Shown here: positions 1-14,103 of the stretch, piece after piece
Numbering within the stretch: position 1 is the first letter of the stretch
Layout: every line of letters begins with the position of its first letter
Source: the human T2T-CHM13v2.0 reference genome, Homo sapiens
Assembly: GCF_009914755.1 (NCBI RefSeq)
Contig: NC_060930.1
Length of the DNA stretch: 64,000 nucleotides
Direction: 5' to 3' (one strand)
Made by a program: the position numbers and the translations under genes
The notes under the pieces: model-generated
What the model saw: only the letters and a program-made list of their open reading frames with translations
What the model was told of the DNA's origin: nothing
Databases searched by the model: none

Positions 1-24
1 AAAAGAATTTCCTTCTGCAATTAG

Positions 25-147
25 GAAATCAGTCATTGGAGGGATGATGGCTGGTGTTATTGGCCAGTTTTTAGCCAATCCAACTGACCTAGTGAAGGTT
101 CAGATGCAAATGGAAGGAAAAAGGAAACTGGAAGGAAAACCATTGCG
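25..147 (+). CDS. SLC25A27: Mitochondrial uncoupling protein 4, internal coding exon (probably exon 4)
   Basis: ttag|G acceptor and CG|gtaag donor; encodes [40 protein letters not shown], including the mitochondrial carrier signature PxDxxK. Confidence 0.96.
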
Positions 148-1394
148 GTAAGTTCTCCAATTAACCAATACCTCTCTTTTTCCCTTGGCCACCGTCATAT
201 TTTTAACAAGTACCTAATAGAATTATCATCCAGTATGCAGTAAAGATATTACTTCTGACTTTTTTAATCTGGAAGTTCATTAAGAGGAACACTAAGCTGG
301 ATCTTTTCTTTGCACTAGGAAGTGTACATGTTCTATACCAGACAAATTATATATGTGTAATGTTCTTTGCTGCTTTTCCCAGCCAAGGCTAGACTTGTCC
401 CCTACTGCAGGTTAACATAAACAGTTTGATTATTAAAATTTGCCCTGGTGTGAATCTCAATTTTGCCACTGTGGCTTGGTGTTGTGGAAGTCACTTAACA
501 TTTCTGGTCTCTTGGGTTTTCATCTTTATAAACTCGCTCAAAAGGCTGTCATGATGGTTAACATGCCTGACTGCTCATTAGTGTGAAAAACCTTGCTTTC
601 ATTCCCTTTCTCCTGCAGAAAGAGAGTAGCAAGGATAACGTTGCATATTGTCCCAACTTTCTTGTTGAATCTCATTCCTCCTTCATCTTGAAGCCCTCTT
701 TTTCCCTAATATGGCTTTGGGATATAAAATCCTCCCATTGCATTACACTATATTACTAAAATCCACCTTTCTTCCAAGGGTTTCATGTTCAACAGTTTAT
801 TAAAATACCACTTAGTTTCCCCTGGGAAAGGGACAAAATCATGCAGATGGATAGACCTTTCCCAGAAAAAAGGTAATTACAGGATGACTTGAGCTGAGTA
901 CAAAGGGAGCTGCTCCTGTGAACACTCCAGGTCTGCAGCTGAGCCAGAGGCAAAGGAGGGTTTGGGGCCATCTTCACCGCTGACCACTGCTGTCTGCCCC
1001 TCTTCATGTAGCTGACTCAGTGGAAAAGGAGACTGGGCTGCTGCAGCCCAGGGTCCCCTTCAGCCTTCAAAGCATGTAGAGAATATGCACAGCACAGGAG
1101 AAAAGGGTACCACTGTGACTTAACCAAGTAGTTTATAGAACCCCAGGGCCCAGTTTGTCATCTTATAACAACTTCTAATGACTAAATAACAGGGAGAAGT
1201 CACACTGCCTTGTTGGATAGGAGGAGAAAACTGGTTATTAGGATCCAGAATATCTGAGTTTTTAACTGATCACTCAGTTTTTTTCCCCTCTTTGTTCTTA
1301 ATGTTGGAAATTTTTGGATTGAATGCACCTAATGTAGTACACTTTAATAATCAAACTCTTTATATTAACCTGTAATAGGGGACAAGTTATATAC

Positions 1395-1625
1395 TACAGT
1401 AAAAAGCATGAACATTGAGATCAGACAGCCTGGGATTCAAAGCCAGTCTTTACCATATTTTAGCTTTGTAATCATAGTCAAGTTCCTTACCCATTTTAAG
1501 CCTTGGTTTCTTCGAATGTAAATTAGAATCATATTATATACCTCACAGAATTTTCAGTATTAACATGCATCTCATGTATATTAAATGCTTGGTACTTAGT
1601 AAGTGCTCCATAAATTTTAGTTACA
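1395..1625. mobile_element. MIR
   Basis: tcagacagcctgggattcaaa...caagttccttac..ccttggtttc..tgtaaa MIR core. Confidence 0.65.
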
Positions 1626-2422
1626 GTGATCATCATTCATGATCATAACTTCTCATGTATCATAACAGCAATTATGTGTGTCCAATAAATATGTGATATT
1701 ATCTTTTTGGTGAGATTCAGAGAGTGTGATGCCTGAGTAAAAGCCACACAGGCTAGTAAGTGGTGAAGGTGGCATGTGACTTCAGGTTTTTCTGACTACA
1801 TAAAGCTCAGACTTTCTTTTAATGCCAGAAGTTTTCATATTTGTTTATGCTTCTTCAGCACCATTCTTCATCTATCTATAGAGAAATGAGCAAGATAAAG
1901 ATAGTCTACTAAATTTTTTTGAAGCTAAAATTCTTCCGTTTTAAGAACTTTTTATGAAATTGTCCTTTTTACTTCTTAGTCTGTCATTTTTTATGAGATT
2001 AATTGTTGTTAATGTCATTATTTGATGAACTCTAAAAATTTGCAGGTCCCTTCCATCACCAGTAAAATTAACCCAGAATCTGATAACCTTTGGTTTTCTC
2101 CTATAATTAATACATGTACTGATAATATAAAATATCAAGAAAGGTATTTTTATCCATTTAATAATCTGAGAAGAGGATGATACAGTGTATAAAGATTTTG
2201 ATTAAAAATATTTAAGTCAAATGTTGGCCTTTTTTCTAAAGGATTATTATGTTTATCTGTAAATTAGACTTGCATAGATTGCTTCATTTCTAATAATTCT
2301 GGATAAATTATATCTGGATGTTATTTACTCCAGATTATAAGAGCTATAAGTGAAGCTTATCCAGTTGAATTTCATACACAGGAATACATGGAGTTTTCAC
2401 ATTTAATTATTATTCTCCTTAG

Positions 2423-2535
2423 ATTTCGTGGTGTACATCATGCATTTGCAAAAATCTTAGCTGAAGGAGGAATACGAGGGCTTTGGGCAGGCTGGGTACC
2501 CAATATACAAAGAGCAGCACTGGTGAATATGGGAG
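2423..2535 (+). CDS. SLC25A27: UCP4 coding exon (probably exon 5)
   Basis: cttag|A and G|gtaat; (R)[37 protein letters not shown], in phase with the flanking exons. Confidence 0.96.
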
Positions 2536-3053
2536 GTAATGAAAACTTTGTTAAATTCTAAAAAGTCCTAATTGCCTTAATAGCTGTAAGCACTTATATT
2601 AGGGAAATTAAAATTTATGTTTTATTTTTAATATATTGGTGACCATATATTGTTGACTGGCTGTATAGATGTTCTAGGTCATAACTGAATATTTTCCACA
2701 GAGCATTTTTGCTTCATTCTATAGTGATGTATGAAAAGGATAGGATTTACTAAAATAGGCAAATTGTGACAATAAGGACACAAGGCTAAACTATTTGTAA
2801 GGCCTCCCCTCCAGTCCAGACCTTCCTTTAAGATTAAAACTGATATATACAGCTATCTGATCATTATTATATCCAGACTGTCCAAATCTTTCCCCTGGCA
2901 ATCCTGCTCCTATTCCTAAATAATCAATTTTTATACAGTCTCACACCCCAGGCTGGAAACCTCAATGTTCTCTTAACTCATCCCTACCCCTCACTTCTCA
3001 TATTCACATACCAATTCTGTCTCCCAAATATTTCTTAAAAGTTTTTCCCCTCC

Positions 3054-3409
<356 letters not shown>

Positions 3410-5711
3410 CTAGCCTTCAAAACCTCTCCGCTGGACCACTGCCACAGCCATCTAACTTGTCTCCTCTTCCATCCTCAAATGTGTACCCGGTATCCAGAGT
3501 GATTTATTTGAAACACAGATATTAACACATTATTGGTGTCCCTAAAACTTGTCACTGGCTTATCATCACCCACAAAATAAAGTGGAAATTTTGGAATGTG
3601 ACTTAGAAGATCTGCAAAATCTGGCCTGTGCCTTCAGAGAACTAAGCAATTCATTGATTCTCTTGCAAAGAGTGGTGCAGTAATGAGCTGAAAGATTCCA
3701 CTGCCTGCACATACCAAACTGTTCTTCACCTCTGTATTTTCTGTCCTTTTCCCTCCTCTCCTACATAGTTTTCTTCTAGAGGTCCTCTAATACTCAGCTA
3801 AGGTGTCTTCTTCACCAATATATTTTTCCTGAACCTGCCACAATCCCTTCCCCCATGCCATGTTGTATTATATGCCCTTTTGTGTGTTTCTATAGCTATT
3901 ATTGCTTGTGTCTCTTTTCCTTGCCTGCTACTGCATGTCCATATCCTCCACTATATTATAAACCCTTTGAAGGCAAGGACTGTGTTTTATTCATCTTTAT
4001 TTTCCCAGACCCTCATACGTAGTCAATAAACATTTGAAGAATGAATTAATGAAATAATCCTTTCTAAGACTAATTATATGGTTCTAAGAAATATATAAAT
4101 AGCATGTTTGAGGGTTCTAGAAATATAGCACCTAAACATCAAAGGAAGTCAATCTGTTTTCAGCTTTGCTATTAGAGTCTGTCTGTGTCTACTGTATATT
4201 TGTGGATATTTTGATTTTCAGAAAATCTTTATGATTGTACTTTCTTAATTCATTGGTTCAAAATCTATTGTAGCCAAAATTTCTCTTCCAAGTTCCAGCT
4301 ATTTACTCAGTATCTTCTTTTGGATATCTCAAGCACATTACTTTGAATATGTCCAAACCAAACTCTTTTATCACACCAATTCTTTCTTAGTATGAGAAAG
4401 AAGCTAGAAACTCTTCTTTCACACCATTCTTTCTACATTCTTCATAATTTCAAAAATATATCACCACTCTCTCAGCTGTACAAGCAGAAACTCAGGCATG
4501 ATTTTTGGCTCTTCTCTTTCATTTGCTCCATTGCTTATATCCAAGCAGTCACCAAATCCAGTCGTTCCATCTTCCAGATATATCTCAAACTCATACACTT
4601 TTCTCCATTCCTGGAGCCATTCTGTAGTCCAAGTATTATTTATCCCCTCCTACTGGACCACTACAGAGGCCTTCTAACTAGTCTTTCCATATCTACCCCA
4701 TTCCCATTTTGCCCCACTATGCCTTTGAAACTGATTTTATCAAGATTACCTTTGCTACTACCTTATTTTTTTTAATTTAAAACTGTCTTCATTTTCACCA
4801 TCCCTATAAATGGTGCCTCTGTCCTTTAAATTGTTCACACTCAAAACCTTGCAGTTGTTTTTGATTTCTTTCTCCGTTCCATATTCGGTTTGCTGGCTGA
4901 TCCTGTTGATTCTTCAAAATTTATCCAGAATCTGACCAGGGCTCCACAACTCCCTAATTCAAGTCGTCATCATCGCTTACTGGGATTACTGCTCTGCCTT
5001 GTTTTCCTGTAGTCTACTCTTAATAGGAACTATTGAGTTCTATTAAGTTCCAGTAAGAACTCGATAGTTCTATTAAGTTCTAAATAGTAACCTTGGGCAG
5101 TCACTCCTCTGCTCAAAAGCCTCCCCTGGCTTCTGCTCTTCATCATCTAGACTCTGCTACTTCTTGCATATTCTGCTGCTGCCGGCCCAGTCTTCTGGCT
5201 GTTCCTCTAACACAGCAAGCTGACTCCTGACTCAGGGTTAGAAAACATACTGTATTTTTGCCTGGGGCAATTTCTCTTAGCTATCTACAGGGTTGTTTTC
5301 TCATGCTTTCTTTTGGTCTCTGTTCAAATGTCCACTTATCAAGAGGTCTTGCCTGATCACCCAATTTAAAATTAATAGAAACTATTCCTCCCTACCCTCT
5401 GGTACTCTCTGTCCCCTTTCCTTACCTTCTTTGTCTTCAGGGCATTTACTTCAAGAGCAAGTGCATCTGAAACACCATGTAGTTTACTTTATTGTCTCAT
5501 CCCACAACAGAGAGCAAGGATTTTTGTTCATTTTGTCCATGGCTGTTTCCCCCAATGTGATCAAATGTACCTATCCATTCTTGCCTCATTACAACTTACT
5601 TCCCCATACTTTAGTGTGGGTTAACTTTATATAACTCTAGCATTGTGATGTCATTCTCCTATTTAAAACCCTTCCATAGCTCTTCATTGCCATTAGAAAA
5701 ATGTATAAAAG

Positions 5712-6030
<319 letters not shown>

Positions 6031-6357
6031 TTATAAGTGACAGGATCTCAATTCAAATTACTTGATCAAATTACTTTTTTGGCTAAAAAAGTAATTTATT
6101 GGCTCAAATACTGAAAGGCCCAGGGGTTGAGCTGAATTTAGGCATAGCTAGATTAAGGAGTCTAAATGATACATTTGACTTTCTGTCTCTTCTTCTTTTT
6201 CTCTCCCTCTATCTGTAGCTGTGCTTTCCTTGAGAACAAGAAGGATTCCTTGGTAGCTTTCATCCTGGTACACATTCCTGCCCCAAGCCTAGCATATTCT
6301 TGACACAAAAGACATTCACTGTTGACTGATGAATATTTAAACTTTTTCCATTGCCAG

Positions 6358-6442
6358 ATTTAACCACTTATGATACAGTGAAACACTACTTGGTATTGAA
6401 TACACCACTTGAGGACAATATCATGACTCACGGTTTATCAAG
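6358..6442 (+). CDS. SLC25A27: UCP4 coding exon (probably exon 6)
   Basis: ccag|AT and AG|gtaag; [28 protein letters not shown]. Confidence 0.96.
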
Positions 6443-7783
6443 GTAAGGATTGTTTTAGTTGGACTCTGTTTTTTTTTTTTGTATCACTTTTTCTTCCATA
6501 TTTGACATAAATTCTTTAGGCTCATTTGATTGGGATTGTACTGGCATCACCTTTAGAGAAGAGTACATTTATAAAGAGAAATTTCTTAAAGTTTCTTGCA
6601 GTTAGAATGGGGAAGAGACAGACAAAGTTGTAGGATGTTTTGGATTAAACCTCTCAAAATATTTGCATCTTGATGGGGCCATCCCAGGAACAGGCTATGA
6701 TGATGGACTCTCCAACTCATTTCAACAGATATGTTTGAGTGCCTTTTATGTTAAAGGCACTGGGCAGGGCTCTGCAGTGGGCACCAAAGGGGTAAACTCA
6801 ATTCCTACCCAGGGAACTTACCAACCAGGAAAACAAGACAAATATAAAAACACTCTACAGGAAATGCTAAAAGGAAGCAACTAGTTACTACAGGGTTCAG
6901 GGGAAGGAAAAAACATAACCACTTGGAAGGATCCACAAAGGAGGTAGAAATAGACAAGGGTTTTCAAAGGCTGTGACTCTTCACAGAAAGGGATACGAAG
7001 GGCTTTCCAGGAAGGAGCAGTACCTTGATCTCTTTGCAACACAATTTCAAATTATCCATTAGAATGACTTATTTTATAGATGTCTACTGTCCTTGACATT
7101 ATAGTGATTTCATTTAGCTTCTGATCGTTTCCAAATTCTAAAACTTCCTATGCTATTTAGATGACCCTAAAAGTAGACAACCCTAAAAGTGTAATAGTGT
7201 CAAGTCAAATATTTGGAGGTAGGGGTGTGTGTGTGCACGCGCATGCACACACGCATGTGAATTTAACCACTCCAAGAGTATTACTGACTCGGCTTTTGCA
7301 TGTACTGTTCTATCTTCTTGTAACATTCTTCCTTCAGGTCTTCATATACATGTGTCCTTTGTAACCACTCAATTCTGCTGTCACCCCCGGAGCTTTCCCT
7401 GACTGCCTGTCACCCAGTTGCTCCCTGTCACACTTCCCCATGTTTTTTTCATAGCTTTTGTCAGCTTCTGAAATTATTTATTTGACTTCTGCCTTTTCCC
7501 AAGTGAAGTATAAGCTCCTCAAGGGCAGGGTCTTACCTGTCTTGTTCACTGCCTAGAAGAATGCTTGACACCAGCAGGTGCACAATGCCTGTTTGTTGAC
7601 TGACATTCTTTTTGTTGTTTTTCTACCTCTTTAATTAATTTAGCATTAATTTTAAGCAAAAAGAGCATTATGAAGCTTGTAAGAATATATTTAGTATTAT
7701 ATTCTTTCTGAATACCACATTCCCTTTCCTAAGCTACAAACTACTACATACCATCTTTCAATTTCATTTATTTGTATTTATAG

Positions 7784-7876
7784 TTTATGTTCTGGACTGG
7801 TAGCTTCTATTCTGGGAACACCAGCCGATGTCATCAAAAGCAGAATAATGAATCAACCACGAGATAAACAAGGAAG
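7784..7876 (+). CDS. SLC25A27: UCP4 coding exon (probably exon 7)
   Basis: atag|T and AG|gtag; [31 protein letters not shown], with a further PxDxxK signature (PADVIK). Confidence 0.96.
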
Positions 7877-8377
7877 GTAGATAAAAAGTCTTCAGTATCC
7901 ATGTGCTTGAATATCTGTAATACCTTTGTGTTTTAAAGATGCATCTCTGCATTTTTTATTGATAGAAATGTATTTGTGTGTTTTTTGAGAAAATTGAGCG
8001 CATTTTTTTTATGCAATTACCTGCTCTTTGATGAAAAAGTGACATGCATTTGGGGAGATAAGCTAATTAACAATCATATTATTTAGACACAAGATTTTTA
8101 TTATGACTTTATTGTTTTTAAAGAATTGTTAAAAGCATATTCTGCTGAGAATTTACAGAGCACTTTCTTCAGACGCTTATGACTTGAGTAGGTAACGTGG
8201 AGAATCTGATTTGATATGAAATAGTATGTTCTCCCTGGAAGAGAAAAGATAGAATGAATTCTAAATATAAGACCAAGGGTGGCATGAATCAGAAGAGTTA
8301 ACCTTGAAAATATCTTTAAGATCAAAACAAGTTTTCTGTATCTGTAGAACCACAAATATTTTTCTAAACTAGCAGAA

Positions 8378-8678
8378 ATTTTATTTATTTATTTATTTTT
8401 TTTGAGACAGAGTCTCACTCTGTCTCTCAGGCTGGAGTGCAGTGGCGTGATCTCCCGCTCACTGCAAGCTCCGCCTCCCAGGTTCAAGCCATCCTCCTGC
8501 CTCAGCCTTCTGAGTAGCTGGGACTACAGGCGCCTGCCACCATGCCCGACTAATTTTTTTAGTAGAGATGGGGTTTCACCGTGTTAGCCAGGATGACCTC
8601 CATCTCCTGACCTCATGATCTGCCTGCCTCGGCCTCCCAAAGTGCTGGGATTACAGGCGTAAGCCACCGCGCCCGGCC
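8378..8678 (-). mobile_element. Alu (AluS/Y-like)
   Basis: Reverse Alu with a (TTTA)n tail, ending gcccggcc. Confidence 0.93.
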
Positions 8679-8774
8679 AATATTTAATTTTTATAAGATT
8701 CCTTAGACAATTTTTATGTACATATATATTTTTTTACACAGAAAAAAATTAAAAGGATCTTGTTTCCTTTTTAG

Positions 8775-8877
8775 GGGACTTTTGTATAAATCATCGACTG
8801 ACTGCTTGATTCAGGCTGTTCAAGGTGAAGGATTCATGAGTCTATATAAAGGCTTTTTACCATCTTGGCTGAGAATG
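8775..8877 (+). CDS. SLC25A27: UCP4 coding exon (probably exon 8)
   Basis: ttag|G and ATG|gtaaag; [35 protein letters not shown] (part of ORF 8716..8967). Confidence 0.96.
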
Positions 8878-9639
8878 GTAAAGTTAGGTTTACTTCCTTT
8901 GTTTTTTTTCTTTGTACTTAAATTACTTTTAATTTATAAGCATTTTCCCTTTTCTCTTCTGGTTTGAAGCATGGCCCTGCCCCCCAAATCAAGGTCCTTT
9001 CTTTCTTTTTTAAATCTTCTTTTATTTCCTTTCACTTCTCCTCAGAGTTATCTTGCCTTCTGTGGTAGAGTAAGGTAAAATAAGTTACATCCATTGACGA
9101 ATAAGTTGATAGTCTTGTTATAAAGCCAGTAAATAGATTTTCTGTAATGTAAAATTTTTAGTATTTCATTTAGTCATATTTTAATACAATATTTTAGAAT
9201 ATATATACAGATTTTACACTAGAGACCTCTCCTACAAAAAAAAATACTGTTTCAAAAAAATTTGTTACTTTGATAGCAGATGTTACATTACCCATTAATA
9301 TTTATTACCACAAAACTCTGCTTAGTAAGAAAATATTATGTCATTTTTATTTGGTTTAGATGTTATTTTTCATTGCAGTGAATTAAGATATAGAATTAGA
9401 TAGACTTGTTTAAGCAATATAGCAAATAAAATATAGAATTCTAATTCTATAATGTAGAATTAGATAGACTTGTTTAAGTAATATAGCAAATATAATAAAA
9501 ACAAAGTGCTGACGTTTTTTGTAAGTTAAAACATTTGAAAGAATAGGTGAGTTATAGGTTTAGAAATTCAAGCAATCAAAAATTAACACAATATATTATA
9601 ATACAATTATATATAATGTAATATTATATGTATCTTTTT

Positions 9640-10520
9640 AATTGAGTACCTACATCATGCAAAGCCCTATACTGAGGACTCAGCTTTGAATAAGAAACTA
9701 TAAGTGATAAATGTTATGGGAAGAGTGCATAATGCTATGGAAATATATAGCAAATAAGCACAGCCTAAGCTGGCAATTGAGTAAACCTCCCTGGAGAATG
9801 GACTTCTGAATTTAGATTTGCAAAATGAGTATGACTTAGCCAGGAAAGAGGGCAGGAAAAAAAACATTCTCTATAGAGGGACAGTTGGAGTGGACAGAGA
9901 GCAGGGTGAGTTCAAGGAAACCTAGCAGACCAAGCTACAGAGACCTCATGGAGAGAGTCAAGGGGTGAGACCACAGAGAGGCAGACACCACACTAGGAAG
10001 GACCATATGAGCCAGAAGAGTAATGGGCACCAGTTTGAAGAAATATGCATTTTTAGAAAATTTGTTCTGCCTGTCGTGTGGATTGGGAAAAGGCCAGGAG
10101 TAGTGATATATGAGAGATAATGGTGGCTTGGACAAGAGTATGACAGTGGGAATAGAAGATGGATTAAAAACATGTTTAGGAGGTAGAAAGGGAATAGAAA
10201 CATGACTGATTGGATGGGGATGGGAGAATGGTTGGAGAAGATAAGGAAAAGTCAGACTTCATTCCCAGATTCCTGCTCTGAGCAACTGAGGATGATGATG
10301 TAATTTCCTAAAACGGGGATCATCTGCAGGGAAGATTTGGGGATAAAATAAGGTTAGTTTAAGACCTATGAAATTTTGGATACCCATAGGACATCCAAGC
10401 AGAGATGTCTAGATGACAAACTGAATATATTGGTCTATGTCTTAGGAGAGAATACAGGGATGGAGGTTTAGATTTGAGCATTTTCCACATATAGATGGTA
10501 ATTGAAATGTTGATAATAAA
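9640..10520 (-). mobile_element. Degenerate L2 region
   Basis: attgagtacctac... start and a purine-rich L2-like body; boundaries approximate. Confidence 0.55.
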
Positions 10521-11859
10521 TGATATCATCAAGGAATAGTAGGTATTTGTGTATTAACATGAAAGTAATAGCCAAAGCCCTTGGCAATACCTGATAAAAG
10601 TATACCAGAGTTTGAGATGTTATTTTGGTGGTTTTGATTATACCTTGAAATTATGTCAAAACTGTGGTTGTTTCTTACTGGAAAGGTAAATTTTGATTTG
10701 GCCTGCATAAACCAGGCACTGTTATAAGTGCTGGTAACACTGAGGAATAACATAGTCTTTGCACTGGAGGAGCTTACAATGAGATGTAGAAGTTAAACAT
10801 GTAAGTAGTTAAAATTACAGAAATAATAAAAATTACTAAATAAATACTACTGAATCACTTGGTATATGGCCAACACTGTGCTAATCATTTTCATGACTTA
10901 ACTCGTTGAATTTCCCCAACAATCTGTGCAGCAGGTTACTATCATATCCCTCTTTTATAGAGAAGGAAACAAAAAGCATCAAAAGTCTAAATAGCTTGGC
11001 CAGGTGAGTGGTTCAGGGCATCAAACCCAGGTGGCCTGACACCCAATAACACAGCCTTATTAAGGAGGTTGTATTCTTGCTTTACCAGTGGTATGAACAG
11101 TACTCTGTGGGAACACAGATAGTGGAGTGGAAATGGCTATGACCATATTTGGGAAGTCGCAAGAGGCTTCACAGAGCTGATATTTGATCTGGGCTTTGAG
11201 GCATCAATAGGCGTTTGTCAAGAGAAATATAAAGGTGCAACATGAGCATAGGCATCATGTCATGTGTAGGCCTGTTATCTTTGAAGAACTACAGAAAATT
11301 CAGTCTGGTTGAAGAATAGGTCCTCATAGGGGAGGTGGTAGGAGATAAGGCTAGAGAAGTACTTAAGGACCAAGTTGGGAAGAACCTTGTGGGCCAAGCC
11401 TAGTAGTTTAGATGAACTCTATGGAGCACTTGCTTAAGCCCGGGAACAATGTGCTAAGGTTTGTTTGACAGCAAGATTACTTTGGAAGTCGTATAGTAGA
11501 TGCATTGAAAGCTAGGATGTAAGAAAGGAAGTTCTAGCAATGATCTAACCAGTTAGATGACTGTAGAAATGGAGAGGAGATAAATTTTAGGGACATTTAT
11601 GGTTAACTCCATAGGACTTAGTAACTGATTATATGTAGAAGGTGAGGGACAGAAAAAAGCAAATGGGACTTCCTGTGTTTCTAATTCTAATGCAGGAAAC
11701 TAGGAGGATGAGTGAGACCATTGCAGAAACACAAACTCAGGGTCAGGAGGGATGAGGGGCAAGTAGAATATTTAAGTACAAAGGATGGGACCACTTTGTT
11801 TAATCCTTTGTCTTTATACATATGACTCAGGAAGTATAAATAAGGAAAAAAAGAGTACT

Positions 11860-12060
11860 TAATACGTGCAAAGCTCTACATACATTACTTTTTAAAACTG
11901 TATAAGAACCTAGCAAAACAAGCAGTATTATCCTCATTTTTCAGATAAGAAAATCATGGCTCAGAGTATAAGAAGCTTGCCCAAGTTCATGTAGCTAGTA
12001 TGTGGCAGAGCTGGGAACTGACCTCAGATCTGTTCCACTCAAAACCCTACGCTCCTTACT
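11860..12060. mobile_element. MIR
   Basis: attatcctcattttt-cagataagaaaa..ggctcagag..cttgcccaag..agctagta.gtggcagagctggga. Confidence 0.7.
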
Positions 12061-14031
12061 GATACAATATACTGATTTGCTCAACATCCTGCAGCTAGCT
12101 ACAGAAGTTTTAAAATTGAAGAGACATTCCTAGCAGTGGAGGGGTATTTAAAGAAAGGCTGGCTAACCACCAAAGATCACCAGAAAGTCACTGCCTGGTT
12201 GACTTGCCACAGTGCATGACCCAGAGCACAGAAACCTAATTCATGAGCATTTCCAAGTAAATTGGCCTTGAAAATACAGATTCGACTCAGCTGATCTCAT
12301 TGACACTGATGATCAGGCCACAATAGTTGGCTCATTCACACTGCACAACACATTTGGCAAGTGATCTGGATGTTCAAGTCCTCTGGCCAATGTGTTTTTT
12401 CCTAAATTCAAGCTATATGGGTACTCAAGTAATAATTAGAAGGTTACTTTCTTAACACAGATTCAAAACAGGAAGAGCTTATTTGTAAACTTAATCAACC
12501 CAAGAGAGCTCTTATATGTTCAACTCCACAGTAGCAGGCATGAAAAGGGACCCTGCTTCTGGTTTTTCTCTAGCCTTATGGCAAAAGATAGACCAAAAGA
12601 AACAATATGGGTTCATATACACTGGATTATTTGCAATGCTCATAGCTGTATCAGCGAGAAAATCAGCAAGCAAACATAGTGCCCACATGTGCTACTCCTG
12701 TACAGAGGCTTGGTAAATCCCATTTATATACCACCCACATTTTTGGCTATATGATCTCCCACTCTTTAAAAACTCTATTCAAAATCTAGCTAAACTCTAT
12801 CCTGATCCCTTCTACTGGGTAGAGGTACTATGACCTTGCTTTGCTCAGTCCCTGGTTAGTACTTATTTCATTTGCCTATGGATTTTGTTGCTATAATGTC
12901 ATTAACATGAAGAAGATTGATTACCACAGCAATTAAGAATGATTGCATAGGGGTTCTTAACTAAGACCTCTACCTTCTTCATCCAACTCCAAGTATATTG
13001 GTTTACTTCATTTTTATTACAAGAATATGGTATCATCGTAGCTTTATATTCCTTATTTCATCTATGTCATCATACCTTTAAATAACCAAGATATATTCTC
13101 CTAAATCCACTATTTAGTGAATTCTCAGTTTACTAATATAGCATGCTCAGTATTTCCAAACAAATATGAGATAAACCTTGCTTTACAAACAAAACCAAAT
13201 ACATTTGATTTTCTAATTGCTTAAGCTTATTTATCTACTCTAGAATGATAGAGCTACTCTCTGTTCAATTTTGATTAGAACTGAATTAGGCAGGAATTAT
13301 TAGATCCAAGGCACTCTTTCTCTGTTCCAGTGTTTACCCTGTGATTTCCCTCTGTGTCTTTACAGTTTACATCTTTAGCATTTATGTCCTCTTCTAACCC
13401 TTATTCTTTTATAATTCCTTTAGATGTAGCCATACCTTCATTCAAGTTAAAGACAAGCCTTTCTGAACTGGAAGGGCTTTTTTCTATTTAATGTGAATTT
13501 TTATATAAATGTTGTGAGACATCAGGTGTTGGTTTTATGACCTAAATCTCCATGGATAATCTTTGACCTTCCTCACTTTCAAGTTCTAAAGTGACTTATT
13601 TTTATGCTCCATATACAAACTAGATATAGAAAAGCCTGCCTAGAATTCAGGCATCTTGAGTCCCAGCCCTTTAGCCAGTAATGGTTCAATAAAAAGAACT
13701 CTGAGAATGGAAAACAGAAGCCTGTGGTCTAGCTCTACAACATGTCAACAGGCATTTGACTGCTAAGCTTCAGTGGTCTCATCTGAAAATCAGGGATATT
13801 AATATCTTTCCTTTCTATTGTAAGATGTTGTTTAGAGAAATCTGTGATATATAAGACATAAAAAATGCTTTGTAAATTATAAAGTCCTTTACAAAGGTGA
13901 AATACCAAAATATTTGTTTTCAGCCTAAGTGGTTGCAAAATGACTTTGTCATTCAAATATATGTATGCACATATGTAGACTATTTATAATTGCTTTGAAA
14001 TATGCACTAACTTCTTTGGTTAATCTTTCAG

Positions 14032-14103
14032 ACCCCTTGGTCAATGGTGTTCTGGCTTACTTATGAAAAAATCAGAGAGATGAGTGGAGTCAGTCCATTT
14101 TAA
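14032..14103 (+). CDS. SLC25A27: UCP4 terminal coding exon
   Basis: ttcag|ACC; [23 protein letters not shown] followed by TAA at 14101-14103. Confidence 0.96.

Noticed and set aside
381-410. Resemblance of agccaag..agacttgtccccta..ctgcag to PLA2G7 exon 7 sequence at 49201-49228
   Set aside because: The exact core is only 14 nt; several such matches are expected by chance in a 64-kb self-comparison, and the extension needs gaps
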